Assembly: GCA_019057795.1 (NCBI GenBank)
Contig: JAHLWS010000066.1
Span: 1-32,829, forward strand
Source of the DNA: Promethearchaeota archaeon
GTDB taxonomy: Archaea; Asgardarchaeota; Lokiarchaeia; Sigyniarchaeales; SOKP01
DNA: 32,829 nt
Direction: 5' to 3'
The position numbers were made by a program, and so were the translations under genes. Below are positions 1 through 9,500 of the stretch, piece after piece. Every line of letters starts with the position of its first letter. The stretch's first letter is position 1. Under the pieces are notes generated by a model. That model saw only the letters and a list, made by a program, of their open reading frames with translations. It did not search any database and was not told where the DNA came from.

Positions 1-188
1 ATTTAGAAAAAATACTTAATTTAATCTCTTAAGTGATAAAAATAATAGGATGCTCTTCGTGTAAACTTTTAAAAAGGGTTAATAGTTCCATATTTTTACA
101 TTATTGATGTAATCAAGTAAAACCTAACTTATTTCTTGACGGAATTTAGACGAAGACCAAGCGTTTGGTGGGGATTACTTTCAATTTT

Positions 189-608
189 TTACGTAGAGGA
201 AGCCTTTTTCAAATCAGTTAACGTTTTTTGTAACGCCTTTATTTCCGTGTTTACATCTTTAATTCTTTTCTTTTTTTCGCTATCTATTTCCTTCAATTTT
301 AGGTTTAACATTTTCTCTTTTTCATTAATTAATTTTACTGATTCTTTTTTTAATCCTTTTAGAGAAGGCTTTAATTCCTTCTTTTTTAAACTCCATTCAT
401 CAGCTTTTTCTACTGCTTCCTTTAACTTTTCTTGTTCGGCATTTAGTTTAGACTTAATCTCGTTGAGTTTAGGGTCGAACTCTAGCTCAACTTCGCTTTT
501 AATAGAAGAGCTCCTCTCATTAAATTCTTCTTCAATTTTACTTATTTCTTCCTTTTTTGAATTAATTTGGTTTTTAATTTCATCTTCCGACGTTAAATTA
601 CACCTCAT
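189..608 (-). CDS. Hypothetical coiled-coil protein
   Basis: 139-aa ORF, K/E/L-rich heptad-like composition throughout. Confidence 0.7.
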   Translation of the reverse strand: MRCNLTSEDEIKNQINSKKEEISKIEEEFNERSSSIKSEVELEFDPKLNEIKSKLNAEQEKLKEAVEKADEWSLKKKELKPSLKGLKKESVKLINEKEKMLNLKLKEIDSEKKKRIKDVNTEIKALQKTLTDLKKASST

Positions 609-762
609 TTAATATTTTTAACAATTTGGGCACTATAAGCCCAATTATTAATTATTTGGTTCGTATTTAACTCTTAGTATTTCTACATTTCTCTACGGAA
701 AAGGTCGAACATAATTAAACTGACCCTCTCTGGATTTTTAGAGGTGATTTTAGTCCTTTTCT

Positions 763-1035
763 TTAACGTTATGGAATAGAAAAAACGTGCCAAATGATGT
801 TCCAAAGAAATCTAAAAAACAATTTGGTCCGAAAACAGGAGACCCAGAAAAGTTTGAGACATGGGAAGAATTCTGGAATGTGTAGGTTAATCAAATTCAA
901 TTTACGATCAAACACACCGCTGAAAATCATAATCTTCCTGAGCAGTTGAGATCAGATTTTTTACCCACTCCTTATGTATCCACAATTGTAAGGGGATGGG
1001 CTGAAAAAGCGTTAGATATATTTGCCAATATTTAA
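763..1035 (+). pseudogene. Internal fragment of a pyruvate formate-lyase-family glycyl radical enzyme
   Basis: Manual translation LTLWNRKN...KQFGPKTGDPEKFETWEEFWNV*VNQIQF...FLPTPYVSTIVRGWAEKALDI matches the GPxTGDP..F.T.EEF and P.P..S....C.EK..D motifs of PFL-like enzymes; in-frame TAG at 883-885, no start codon. Confidence 0.7.
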
Positions 1036-1084
1036 ATTGGTAAATGTGTATATAAAATACAAATAATATAATTGACTTAAAAAG

Positions 1085-1822
1085 ATGTCCGAGGATAAAG
1101 AAAAAAATTATAAAAGATTAAAGAAAAAACGGGAAAAATTTAATTCCCTACCATTCAATAAAGAATTAATAAAAAAAGATGGTGAATCTTTAAGAAACTT
1201 ATTAAGTGATTATATTTCAAATGCTATTGGACGGATAGATCATTACGAAGAACAGAGAAAATGGTTTTTAGAGATAAATCTTGCGTTTTTGGCTTTTCTT
1301 GGAACAGCATTTGTCTTTATTTTGTCTTATCTTCTTAACCCTGAAAATATACCGATAAATATAAGTATATTAATACTTTTAGTAGGAATTAGTATAGGTA
1401 TCTTTATTTTTATTATTTTCTCGTTAATAATAATATTTTATTATTTCATAGAGCACGGAACTGAATTTGAGGATGAAAAAGATTTCAATAAAACCGAACA
1501 AGAATTAAATAAATTTTGGATTTCACCCAGATTCCATAGAGGAATTATACCAAAAAAAGAAGAGATTGAATGTGATCCATTACTCTTTATAAAAAAATTA
1601 AATAAATTCGCAAAAAATTTTACAAAAAAAGATTCTATCGAGAAATTATTGAGAGAAGATATAAAAACTCTTTTCAATATTTATATCCATCAAGATAACT
1701 ATTATAGAATTGGAACCTCTATTCGAGAACTTACAAAGTGGAGTTTTATCATTCTAATAATCTTTATTATTGGTAGTCCAATCGTTTCTTTAATAACTTT
1801 TATTATTCAAATGACAATCTAA
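1085..1822 (+). CDS. 3-TM membrane protein, Pycsar effector (DUF5706)-like topology
   Basis: Helix (IDHYEEQRKW), two TM segments, a soluble loop with PRFHRGI, helix LLREDIKTLFNIY, then a third TM; family assignment is tentative. Confidence 0.55.
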   Translation: MSEDKEKNYKRLKKKREKFNSLPFNKELIKKDGESLRNLLSDYISNAIGRIDHYEEQRKWFLEINLAFLAFLGTAFVFILSYLLNPENIPINISILILLVGISIGIFIFIIFSLIIIFYYFIEHGTEFEDEKDFNKTEQELNKFWISPRFHRGIIPKKEEIECDPLLFIKKLNKFAKNFTKKDSIEKLLREDIKTLFNIYIHQDNYYRIGTSIRELTKWSFIILIIFIIGSPIVSLITFIIQMTI

Positions 1823-1932
1823 ACCTTTTAGAAATTTTTTAATTCAAATTATTAAAGTATTTTTTCGGATTTTTTGATTCTCAGTGTTTATATTCAGTTA
1901 ATAGTAAGTAAATTGTTCATTTTATTAAATAT

Positions 1933-2484
1933 CTAATCTTTATAGTATAATACTCCGATTGAATTGGACTTACTAGCAAATTCTTGAGATAGTTTATGGC
2001 TTTCGTGAATGACAAAACTTTCTTTTAACGGTCTTCCACTTTTTCCTGTATTAAAAAGAGTAGATTGAAACAATTGAACTGCAATATTTACCATTTCAAC
2101 ATCTAAAATCGAATAACGATCGATGTCTTTAAATCTTTGAGATAGTCGCATTTTAAACCTGTATAGCTGCGGTTGAGCCATGCTCTTCTTGTTCCAAATG
2201 TGACTTTTGATTAAGAATTCTTTATCGTTCAATAACGCCATAACTCCAAACGGAACATCGTATATTTTATCGTATTTTAACAAATACATTCTACTTGGAT
2301 GAGATTTAAGAACTTCAAAAATTATGAATTCTGGCAAAATTGGATATTCTCCGCTCTCGATTAACTCACTATATACTTTTACGAACAAATCTTTTTGTTT
2401 ATTGCTAATGTCTCCATCAAAAAGGAAAATTACCCTTTGTTCCCTTAAAATTTCGATCTGAACTAACATTTCTTGAAAAAGCAT
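1933..2484 (-). CDS. Hypothetical protein
   Basis: ORF 1933..2580 in track; ATG at 2484 (MLFQEML) is the more plausible start. Confidence 0.6.
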   Translation of the reverse strand: MLFQEMLVQIEILREQRVIFLFDGDISNKQKDLFVKVYSELIESGEYPILPEFIIFEVLKSHPSRMYLLKYDKIYDVPFGVMALLNDKEFLIKSHIWNKKSMAQPQLYRFKMRLSQRFKDIDRYSILDVEMVNIAVQLFQSTLFNTGKSGRPLKESFVIHESHKLSQEFASKSNSIGVLYYKD

Positions 2485-2625
2485 TAAAACAACAAAGCAA
2501 CGAAAGTATTTAAATAAAAATAACGATACTAATTTAGTAATTTCCAAATTAGAGAGGATGAATATATGCAAGAAGTCCAAGCTAAAGTTAGAGAATTTAT
2601 AGAAAAATATGATTTTTCAGCGAAC

Positions 2626-2922
2626 CTAAGTATTTCCATAAGGATTATCTAATTGATCTATGATCTCTTTCAATCTCAATTTCAAAATTATTCCGTTATT
2701 TGTTAAATGGATCGTTTTATGTTTCTTTATTGAGTCATACTCGATGGAGATAATATTTTTTTGAAGTAATTCCTTTTTAACTCGTAAAAACATATTATAA
2801 TAATCTGTTTCATTAAGGTTTTTAGTGAATTGCATAATAGAAATTTTTGATCCATCACTCGATAAGAGATCCAAGACTCGATAGAAACCATATTTCCTTA
2901 ATAAGCTTGTTTTTTCGATCAA
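2626..2922 (-). CDS. Winged helix-turn-helix DNA-binding protein
   Basis: 98 aa; ELLQKNIISIEY...KTIHLTNNG..L is a MarR/HxlR-like wing signature. Confidence 0.65.
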   Translation of the reverse strand: MIEKTSLLRKYGFYRVLDLLSSDGSKISIMQFTKNLNETDYYNMFLRVKKELLQKNIISIEYDSIKKHKTIHLTNNGIILKLRLKEIIDQLDNPYGNT

Positions 2923-3275
2923 TTTTTAAACCAGATTTATTTTAATTTTTTTATTAAATTTAGATTAATATGTTAATAATATAGACGTTCTCTTATTTAA
3001 AGTTCACCTATTTAACCAGAATTGAGTTTTAAATGAGATGGTGAAATATACCACAAATCTGGGTTTATTTTTACCATACATAAAATGTATCGAAAAGAGT
3101 TAGTATTAAATTAAAATTGTTATAGACAGAAAATGAGATCAGAAGAAAATTTCCATTTCATGATGACTATATTTTTTAAACTTAATCCATAATTTCACCC
3201 TGAATAGATTAATAATCATGAAAATTTTAAGACTTAAGACAAATAAAATTAATTTATAATTTTTCATAAACGATA

Positions 3276-3845
3276 TTAACGATTCTCTACTTTTTTCTTC
3301 AAATAATCTATGAAATCATTTAGCACCTGAACATTTGAGTCGAAATCATATTTTCTTGAGTAAAACACTTCATTTGGACCTATTTCACGCCCTAAATTTA
3401 AACGTCGTATTAAAAACTGGTGTATTACAGGAAAATTTGTAACATGTATTTCAAAATCATTATCATATAGGGTATTATCATCTCTATATCTAAAACCGAT
3501 TACTACTAATTTTGGAAATAATTCACCTAATTCTTGTATAACTTCCAATTCTCTTAAATTAGCTCCGCCTTCTATATATTCTATATCTTCATATCCTTCA
3601 AGCAATACTATAATCCTTTTTATAGGGTCATATCTTTTTTGTTTAGACTCTTTTTCCTTTTCCTCGACTTCAATCTCTCTAAATTTAGGTATAACCATCA
3701 TTTCAAGAATAAAAAATGAAGGTGTCCAGATTACAGGAATGATCAAGAGTAGTAAAAGATTAAAGATGGAGAATATAACTATAATTATTGTCATAATTAC
3801 CAATATTATAGAGATTATCCATCGCAATTTCCATATTTTATTCAT
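3276..3845 (-). CDS. Hypothetical membrane protein (2 N-terminal TM helices)
   Basis: 189-aa ORF, hydrophobic N-terminal 50 aa, GAGGA RBS-like sequence upstream. Confidence 0.7.
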   Translation of the reverse strand: MNKIWKLRWIISIILVIMTIIIVIFSIFNLLLLLIIPVIWTPSFFILEMMVIPKFREIEVEEKEKESKQKRYDPIKRIIVLLEGYEDIEYIEGGANLRELEVIQELGELFPKLVVIGFRYRDDNTLYDNDFEIHVTNFPVIHQFLIRRLNLGREIGPNEVFYSRKYDFDSNVQVLNDFIDYLKKKVENR

Positions 3846-4319
3846 TTTTTCCTCTTTTTAATTTTATTAAATAATTATTTTATATCTTTAAGAAAATAAT
3901 TCATATATTTAAACAAGAATACACAACAAAATTAAAAATATTAACTATTATTTTTTTATTAATTTTATCCTGGAAAAATTTTTTTACATTCCCATCAGAA
4001 ACATATATCGTTGGTAAAAAACCTGTTGCACTACTTTTTTCTCTAGGTATATTCGGAAGAAAACAATCAGATAGAATAGTTTTTATTTAGTATTCTCACA
4101 ACTAAAATTTCTAATTCCTTTAAGGATATTGACTTGATTTTATCATAAATTTCTTCTTTCAACATAGTAACCCATTTATTTCTATCTTATATCTTATATC
4201 TTATAATTAAAATAATAATTTAAAAAGAAAAATTTGTGTAATAATCCATTAATAGTTAATTAATAATTAATTGCAACAGAGAGGAGTGGATTTAAAAACT
4301 TCAAATTTATGATATTTAT

Positions 4320-4571
4320 ATGAACGAAGACGATATCAGAAAAGCTATAATGAAGAAAGCGCACACCTATGCAGAATGGACAATTGGGATAACAGAAAAT
4401 CCAAAAACACGTAAAAGTGGTCATGGAAATCCTAAAAAATGGTTTCAATGGAGAGCCAATACTGAGGGCGTTGTCAGAAAACTTGAAAAAGACTTCCTTA
4501 AAAAAGGGATGAAGGGTGCAACTGGTGGTGGCAAAGAGCCAAAATACATCTATATTTTTAAAAAAAAATGA
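4320..4571 (+). CDS. Small GIY-YIG-like protein
   Basis: WTIGIT.NP..R...H, R.LEK.FL..GM.G..GGG...YIY pattern resembles a minimal GIY-YIG-fold family. Confidence 0.6.
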   Translation: MNEDDIRKAIMKKAHTYAEWTIGITENPKTRKSGHGNPKKWFQWRANTEGVVRKLEKDFLKKGMKGATGGGKEPKYIYIFKKK

Positions 4572-4602
4572 TGAAACAGAGATAAATGCTTTAATTAATC
4601 AC

Positions 4603-5637
4603 TTATTTATATTTCATTATATCTCTTATAATTTCATTTAAACCTGTGATAAATGCTGTAATTTCAGAAGTGGGATTGTCTATTTGTTCAAGTTCCTGTC
4701 GTTTCTTTGTTAATTGTTTGACAATATTTTTTCTATTTGATATGATTTTCTCTCTTTCTTCCCGGATTAAAATATAATATTCATTTTTTAAAAATCTAAA
4801 AAACTGTAAATTATTTTCATCTATAGTTTTAACAATTAAATCAAAGAATTCTCCTAATTTTTTGCACATATAGAGTATTTTGAGAACTTCTAAGTCCCTA
4901 TTTCCTTTATTATGAGCTTTTTCAATATCAGGAATAATCGTTTCATTAAGTAATAGCCTTGCCTTCTTAGCAGGCGTTAACAAATATAATATATCGATGA
5001 ATTCAAGATTTAGACTTGAGTCCAAATTAAAGATCATATTATAAGCAAAATCTAAAAATTTCTTTATTACTGGTAATTCTACCTCAGAGATTTTCTTTCT
5101 ACTAAAAATATCATTAAATTTGTCTCTTATAATATAAATTAAGACATCGTTCTCTGAGGGTTGTACCTCACTCCATATTTCAATTATTTCTTCAATTACA
5201 TTAAGATTCGGAATTTTTATGTCTAAATTTCGTTCTTTTAATGATAGATATTCAATAAGAGCTTCTTTATCAAATTGTTCATATTTCTCCCTTATTATAT
5301 TCATCTTTTTTTTAATATCATCTATTTTTTCTCTTGTAATTGAAAAATAATGTAAATATGTTTCTAATTCTAAAATTTTTCCCCATTTTTCTCTATTACA
5401 TTTGTTATGAGAAGGAACTAAGTTAATTATATCATTAATCTTAAAATCAGGTGATAATTTTAATTGTTTTTTAAGGGTTTCATATTCCTTGGGAAAATTT
5501 TTTGGCACTACTTGCGCTATAATGTGATCAATGTGAAGATTCGGATATTTTGATATTAGATCTTTACAATAAAAACATTGCTTATTAAATACATCCCTAA
5601 TTGCAGTTCTAAATATTGGGTCTTGAATATTTACCAT
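4603..5637 (-). CDS. HNH endonuclease with C-terminal helical domain
   Basis: CFYC...HIDHII...NLVPSHNKCNREK canonical HNH motif in the first 85 aa. Confidence 0.85.
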   Translation of the reverse strand: MVNIQDPIFRTAIRDVFNKQCFYCKDLISKYPNLHIDHIIAQVVPKNFPKEYETLKKQLKLSPDFKINDIINLVPSHNKCNREKWGKILELETYLHYFSITREKIDDIKKKMNIIREKYEQFDKEALIEYLSLKERNLDIKIPNLNVIEEIIEIWSEVQPSENDVLIYIIRDKFNDIFSRKKISEVELPVIKKFLDFAYNMIFNLDSSLNLEFIDILYLLTPAKKARLLLNETIIPDIEKAHNKGNRDLEVLKILYMCKKLGEFFDLIVKTIDENNLQFFRFLKNEYYILIREEREKIISNRKNIVKQLTKKRQELEQIDNPTSEITAFITGLNEIIRDIMKYK

Positions 5638-5688
5638 ACATTTATTCTATTTTTTTTTTGTAAATAAATTTCATTATTTATTATAGAT

Positions 5689-6567
5689 TCAAGAAATTAA
5701 GTTAGGAAAATATTCTAAAATTCCAGATCGGTTGAGATTTTTCCATAAATCACTTCCATGAAATTCCCAATCTTGAGTTTTTTTCCATTCTTCATTAATT
5801 CTCATTTCCAGGTTGTTTACATAATATTCTAATTTCTCATCATCAATATCCATTATAGACAATAAATCTCTTATATCAATACCATGAACACCTCCTAAAA
5901 TACACTCCATAAAATAGGTATCTCGGCCTAAATCTCCTGAATGAATAGCCTTGTTGAAATTCATTAAACGAATATCATTATTTGAATCTTTTTTTGCTCC
6001 AATACTCGTATGAATTGAAATCAGACCGTAAATACAATTTGGGTTGTTTTTCATTTTTAATTTAACAGGATGAGGAATGTAACTGTTAGAATTTAATACA
6101 TCACTATTAATACACCTACCTAGTCTAATTCTATATTCCTGAATCTTTTCCTTGTGGTTTAGATTTTTTTCTTGATATGGATAAAAATTCCAAAGAAATT
6201 CACTAATGGTTTTAAATTTATCATTATTTGTGTTGTAGTGGATTAATTCATTTTTAATTCTCTCTATTATGGAACTCGGATAGCCTTCTCTTTGTGCAAC
6301 TCTTTTTAAGACCTCATCCTTGATATAATAAGCAATACATTCAAAGGAGTTCCCTGACTTATCAATAGACTCATAAATATTTACAATCTCCCCAATAGGA
6401 TCGAAGTCTTTACCAATATCCATATAACGCCCCCGATTAGTATTGAATCCTCGTCTTCCTCGAAATCTAACGATAAATGGTTTTACAATTTCCAAATTAT
6501 TTGTTGATTTTCTTTCATCAATTCCAAAACGACTCATTAATGAACCATAACCAATTACTAAGATCAT
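5689..6567 (-). CDS. Gamma-glutamylcyclotransferase (GGCT/ChaC/AIG2-like) domain protein
   Basis: N-terminal VIGYGSLMS, G.RGFN strand and conserved REGY motif. Confidence 0.65.
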   Translation of the reverse strand: MILVIGYGSLMSRFGIDERKSTNNLEIVKPFIVRFRGRRGFNTNRGRYMDIGKDFDPIGEIVNIYESIDKSGNSFECIAYYIKDEVLKRVAQREGYPSSIIERIKNELIHYNTNNDKFKTISEFLWNFYPYQEKNLNHKEKIQEYRIRLGRCINSDVLNSNSYIPHPVKLKMKNNPNCIYGLISIHTSIGAKKDSNNDIRLMNFNKAIHSGDLGRDTYFMECILGGVHGIDIRDLLSIMDIDDEKLEYYVNNLEMRINEEWKKTQDWEFHGSDLWKNLNRSGILEYFPNLIS

Positions 6568-6582
6568 TTTTACCCCTAATTT

Positions 6583-9500
6583 TTAGATTATTCTTTCAAA
6601 ATAAACACCGATTTCTTTTTCTGTTTCATTTCTATCGAAAATACTTTTAAAAAATAACCTTGCTTCTAAAAACCGTTTACTCAAATAAACATTATAATCT
6701 CTAAGTATTTGCTTTAAAAGTTTATGATTAATTAAAAAACGTAAACCATAGAATCGTAGATTTCTTGAATAGGAATTTGAAACATACCCCTCTTGCCATT
6801 CTTCAAATTTAGCTACTATAGAACCATTTCTAAAGAAATTAAATGAATTATCGAAATTTAGATTATAGTGATCTATGATATATTTTGGTAAAGATATAAT
6901 ACCGCGATATCCAAAAAATGGATATTTGTTTGCTTTTTTTATTAATATTGGTAAAGAGTGGTGGTCTTCCTTAATTTTAAAAATATCTTTCTGTATATAA
7001 TTCCTTGCTTGTCTAATTGTAATATTTTCATTTTGATTTATTAAATCCATACTTATTTCAATTTCCTTAGCTGAACTTGAATCCTTCCTAATCAAGATTG
7101 AATCTTGTTGTAAATGAGTTTTATACCTTTCACTCAAACCTTCCTCTGTTTCATAGCATCTAAATTCAAAAATCGTTATCCATTCATCTGGATTCGAAAT
7201 CATTTTAATTGTACCATCTAACTTTTTTAATTGATCAAACCAAGATACCTTATTCTCAATAACGGGTTTCTCTATATCTATTGGTCTTGGTTTAATTTTA
7301 GAAAAGCTATATTCAAAATCAACAGATTGTAATATCCGCCATAAACTTTTAAGTTGTTTATCACTTACAGGGTTCTTTTCTAATAGATTGTTAATTATTT
7401 TATTAATATTTTTTAGTATTTTATAATCAAAATGTGTTAATATTGGTACATATGTAAAACCTTGAGCATGAACATTACCCTTCCAGTCTAAATTGAGTCT
7501 TTTTTCTTCTTCTTGAATGTTCCAATTCTGCCGTAATAAATTTTCTTCTAATAAATGTATGAAATGATTCTCATTAATATTCAGAACATTGCAGCATGCC
7601 TCTATTTTTTTAATTAAATTAATATTACGATATAGAAAAGATGTAAACTGAATAGAAGGAGATATATTAGGAATATTAATTTCTACTATTTCTTCATTGG
7701 TAGTTGTTTTATATTTGAGATTCTCTATTTTTTCTAGGATTTCTTCATCATTTTCAATTTTTTTTTGTATGTTTTTTAAAATTTTAATCAGCATCATCTT
7801 TATTGAAAAAGAGGCAATCATAAGTTCCTGTTCTAATTGTTCAATGAATGGATGTAATTGGACAGCTAATTCAAATGAAATCATATATATTATTTGGATT
7901 AATCTTTCTTTTAACAAACCAGTGCTTGTACTTAATTTTGAAAATATATACGGAATGAGTAATTGAGGCTGTTTCAGACACAACCATCGATAAGAATCTA
8001 ATAATCTTCTATATAAATCAATTTCAATTGTTTTAAGTCCATCAGTTAACAAATCAAGAGCAATTTGATCAAAATCCATCTCTTCTATTTTAATGGTTTT
8101 AATCCATTCATAATCATCTATGCTGGGTAAATGATAAAATAATGATTTAGTGTGTATATAATAATCTTCATATATCTTTTGAATTGATTCGATATCCTCA
8201 AAAATATCAAGAGCATTAACAATTAGTACGGGAACTTGAAATCCTGTATATTTTTTAAGTATATTATATATTTTTTTAATTACCAGCGATTTGGCCCTGT
8301 CAACATCGTGATTCTTAATAATCTCTAAGAAAAGGTTATCTGACGGGTTCCAATCAAAAAATCCAAAGTGATCTAGATATGCTTTCTCATAATGATCAAG
8401 TGCATAGCTTATTTCACCTAGCTCATAAAACTTCTCTGCTAGCTCTTCTTGCAAGGATATTCCTACATTATTATTAATAAAATCTGTTATGTCTCTTAAT
8501 TTTTCTACCTCAACTGTTCTTAATATGAAGTTTTTTAGAATATTGCTAAATTCAGATGTTATATAGAAATTTTCATTTTCAATTTTAAGAGCGTTGATGA
8601 TTTTTTTATAATTTTCGAATGATTCTTGTAGTTTATTCTTAATCTCCTCTTCAGAAACTTTTTCACCATTTAAAATATATTCCCTTATGTTATCTTCTTC
8701 CTGTGTAGTCGAAACCAAATCCTTCTCTTCCTGATACTCGATATTGAAGTATTTAAAATCAAGTTTTTGCCAATCCTTGGGATTTATGGTTGTTTTTACA
8801 AAGAGCAATAATCTATCTTTAAAATTCTCAACAATACCACTATCCCCTCCTTTTTCAATTAATTCAATAATTTTTTGCTTAGAGTTGAATATCTGCTTGG
8901 AATATCGACCATCTTCAGAGTATTCATTTGTAAACAGTTCTGTAAGTGCCCATAATATTTCTGGATTTCCGTAATTTAATTTATTAATTAAATATTCCAG
9001 ACAATCTTGCATCTGCCATCGACTTTTATTCTTGGCGTAAATCTTTAACACTTCCAATGCTATATTAAAATCTATCTTTGTAATTTCTCTAAATATATAA
9101 TATGGAAAATGCCTAGTTTCTTTTCCATCTGTGAGATGAGGCATCCAATCTACTAATTCAATTAATTCAGCACATCTTGATAATGATTGTTCAGAATCAT
9201 ATTTATTTAATTTACTCATAATTCTAATCAGTTGATAAAGAGTCATATCTTTTCTATAACCATAAATTAAGGTCGATTTTATTCCAATTTTTAACCATTC
9301 TTTTGTTTTATCTTTAAAACCACAATATGCAGAAATTAATGCTAATAAGAAAAAATGCTCAACTCTATTCCCTCCTTTGATCATTGTTGATTGAAGAATT
9401 TTTTCCTCAGAGTAATCTAAGAAATCTATTATATTTCTTTTTATTAGTGAAATTCTTGATAATTTTTTATAGATTAACAATTCAAAGACATAATTATCCC

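Noticed and set aside
136-612. 158-aa + strand ORF
   Set aside because: F/S/L-rich antisense shadow of the K/E-rich coiled-coil gene
883-885. In-frame TAG here and at 22250-22252 as possible pyrrolysine or recoding
   Set aside because: Both lie in start-less fragments, and TAG ends normal genes in this window (e.g. 19732..19995); decay is the simpler explanation
3904-4165. Frameshifted minus-strand ORF MLKEEIYDKIKSISLKELEILVVRILNKNY, Mrr-like start
   Set aside because: No catalytic motif visible after the frameshift; too weak to assign
4183-4205. TATCTTA x3 tandem repeat
   Set aside because: Short, spacer-less, AT-rich slippage repeat; not CRISPR
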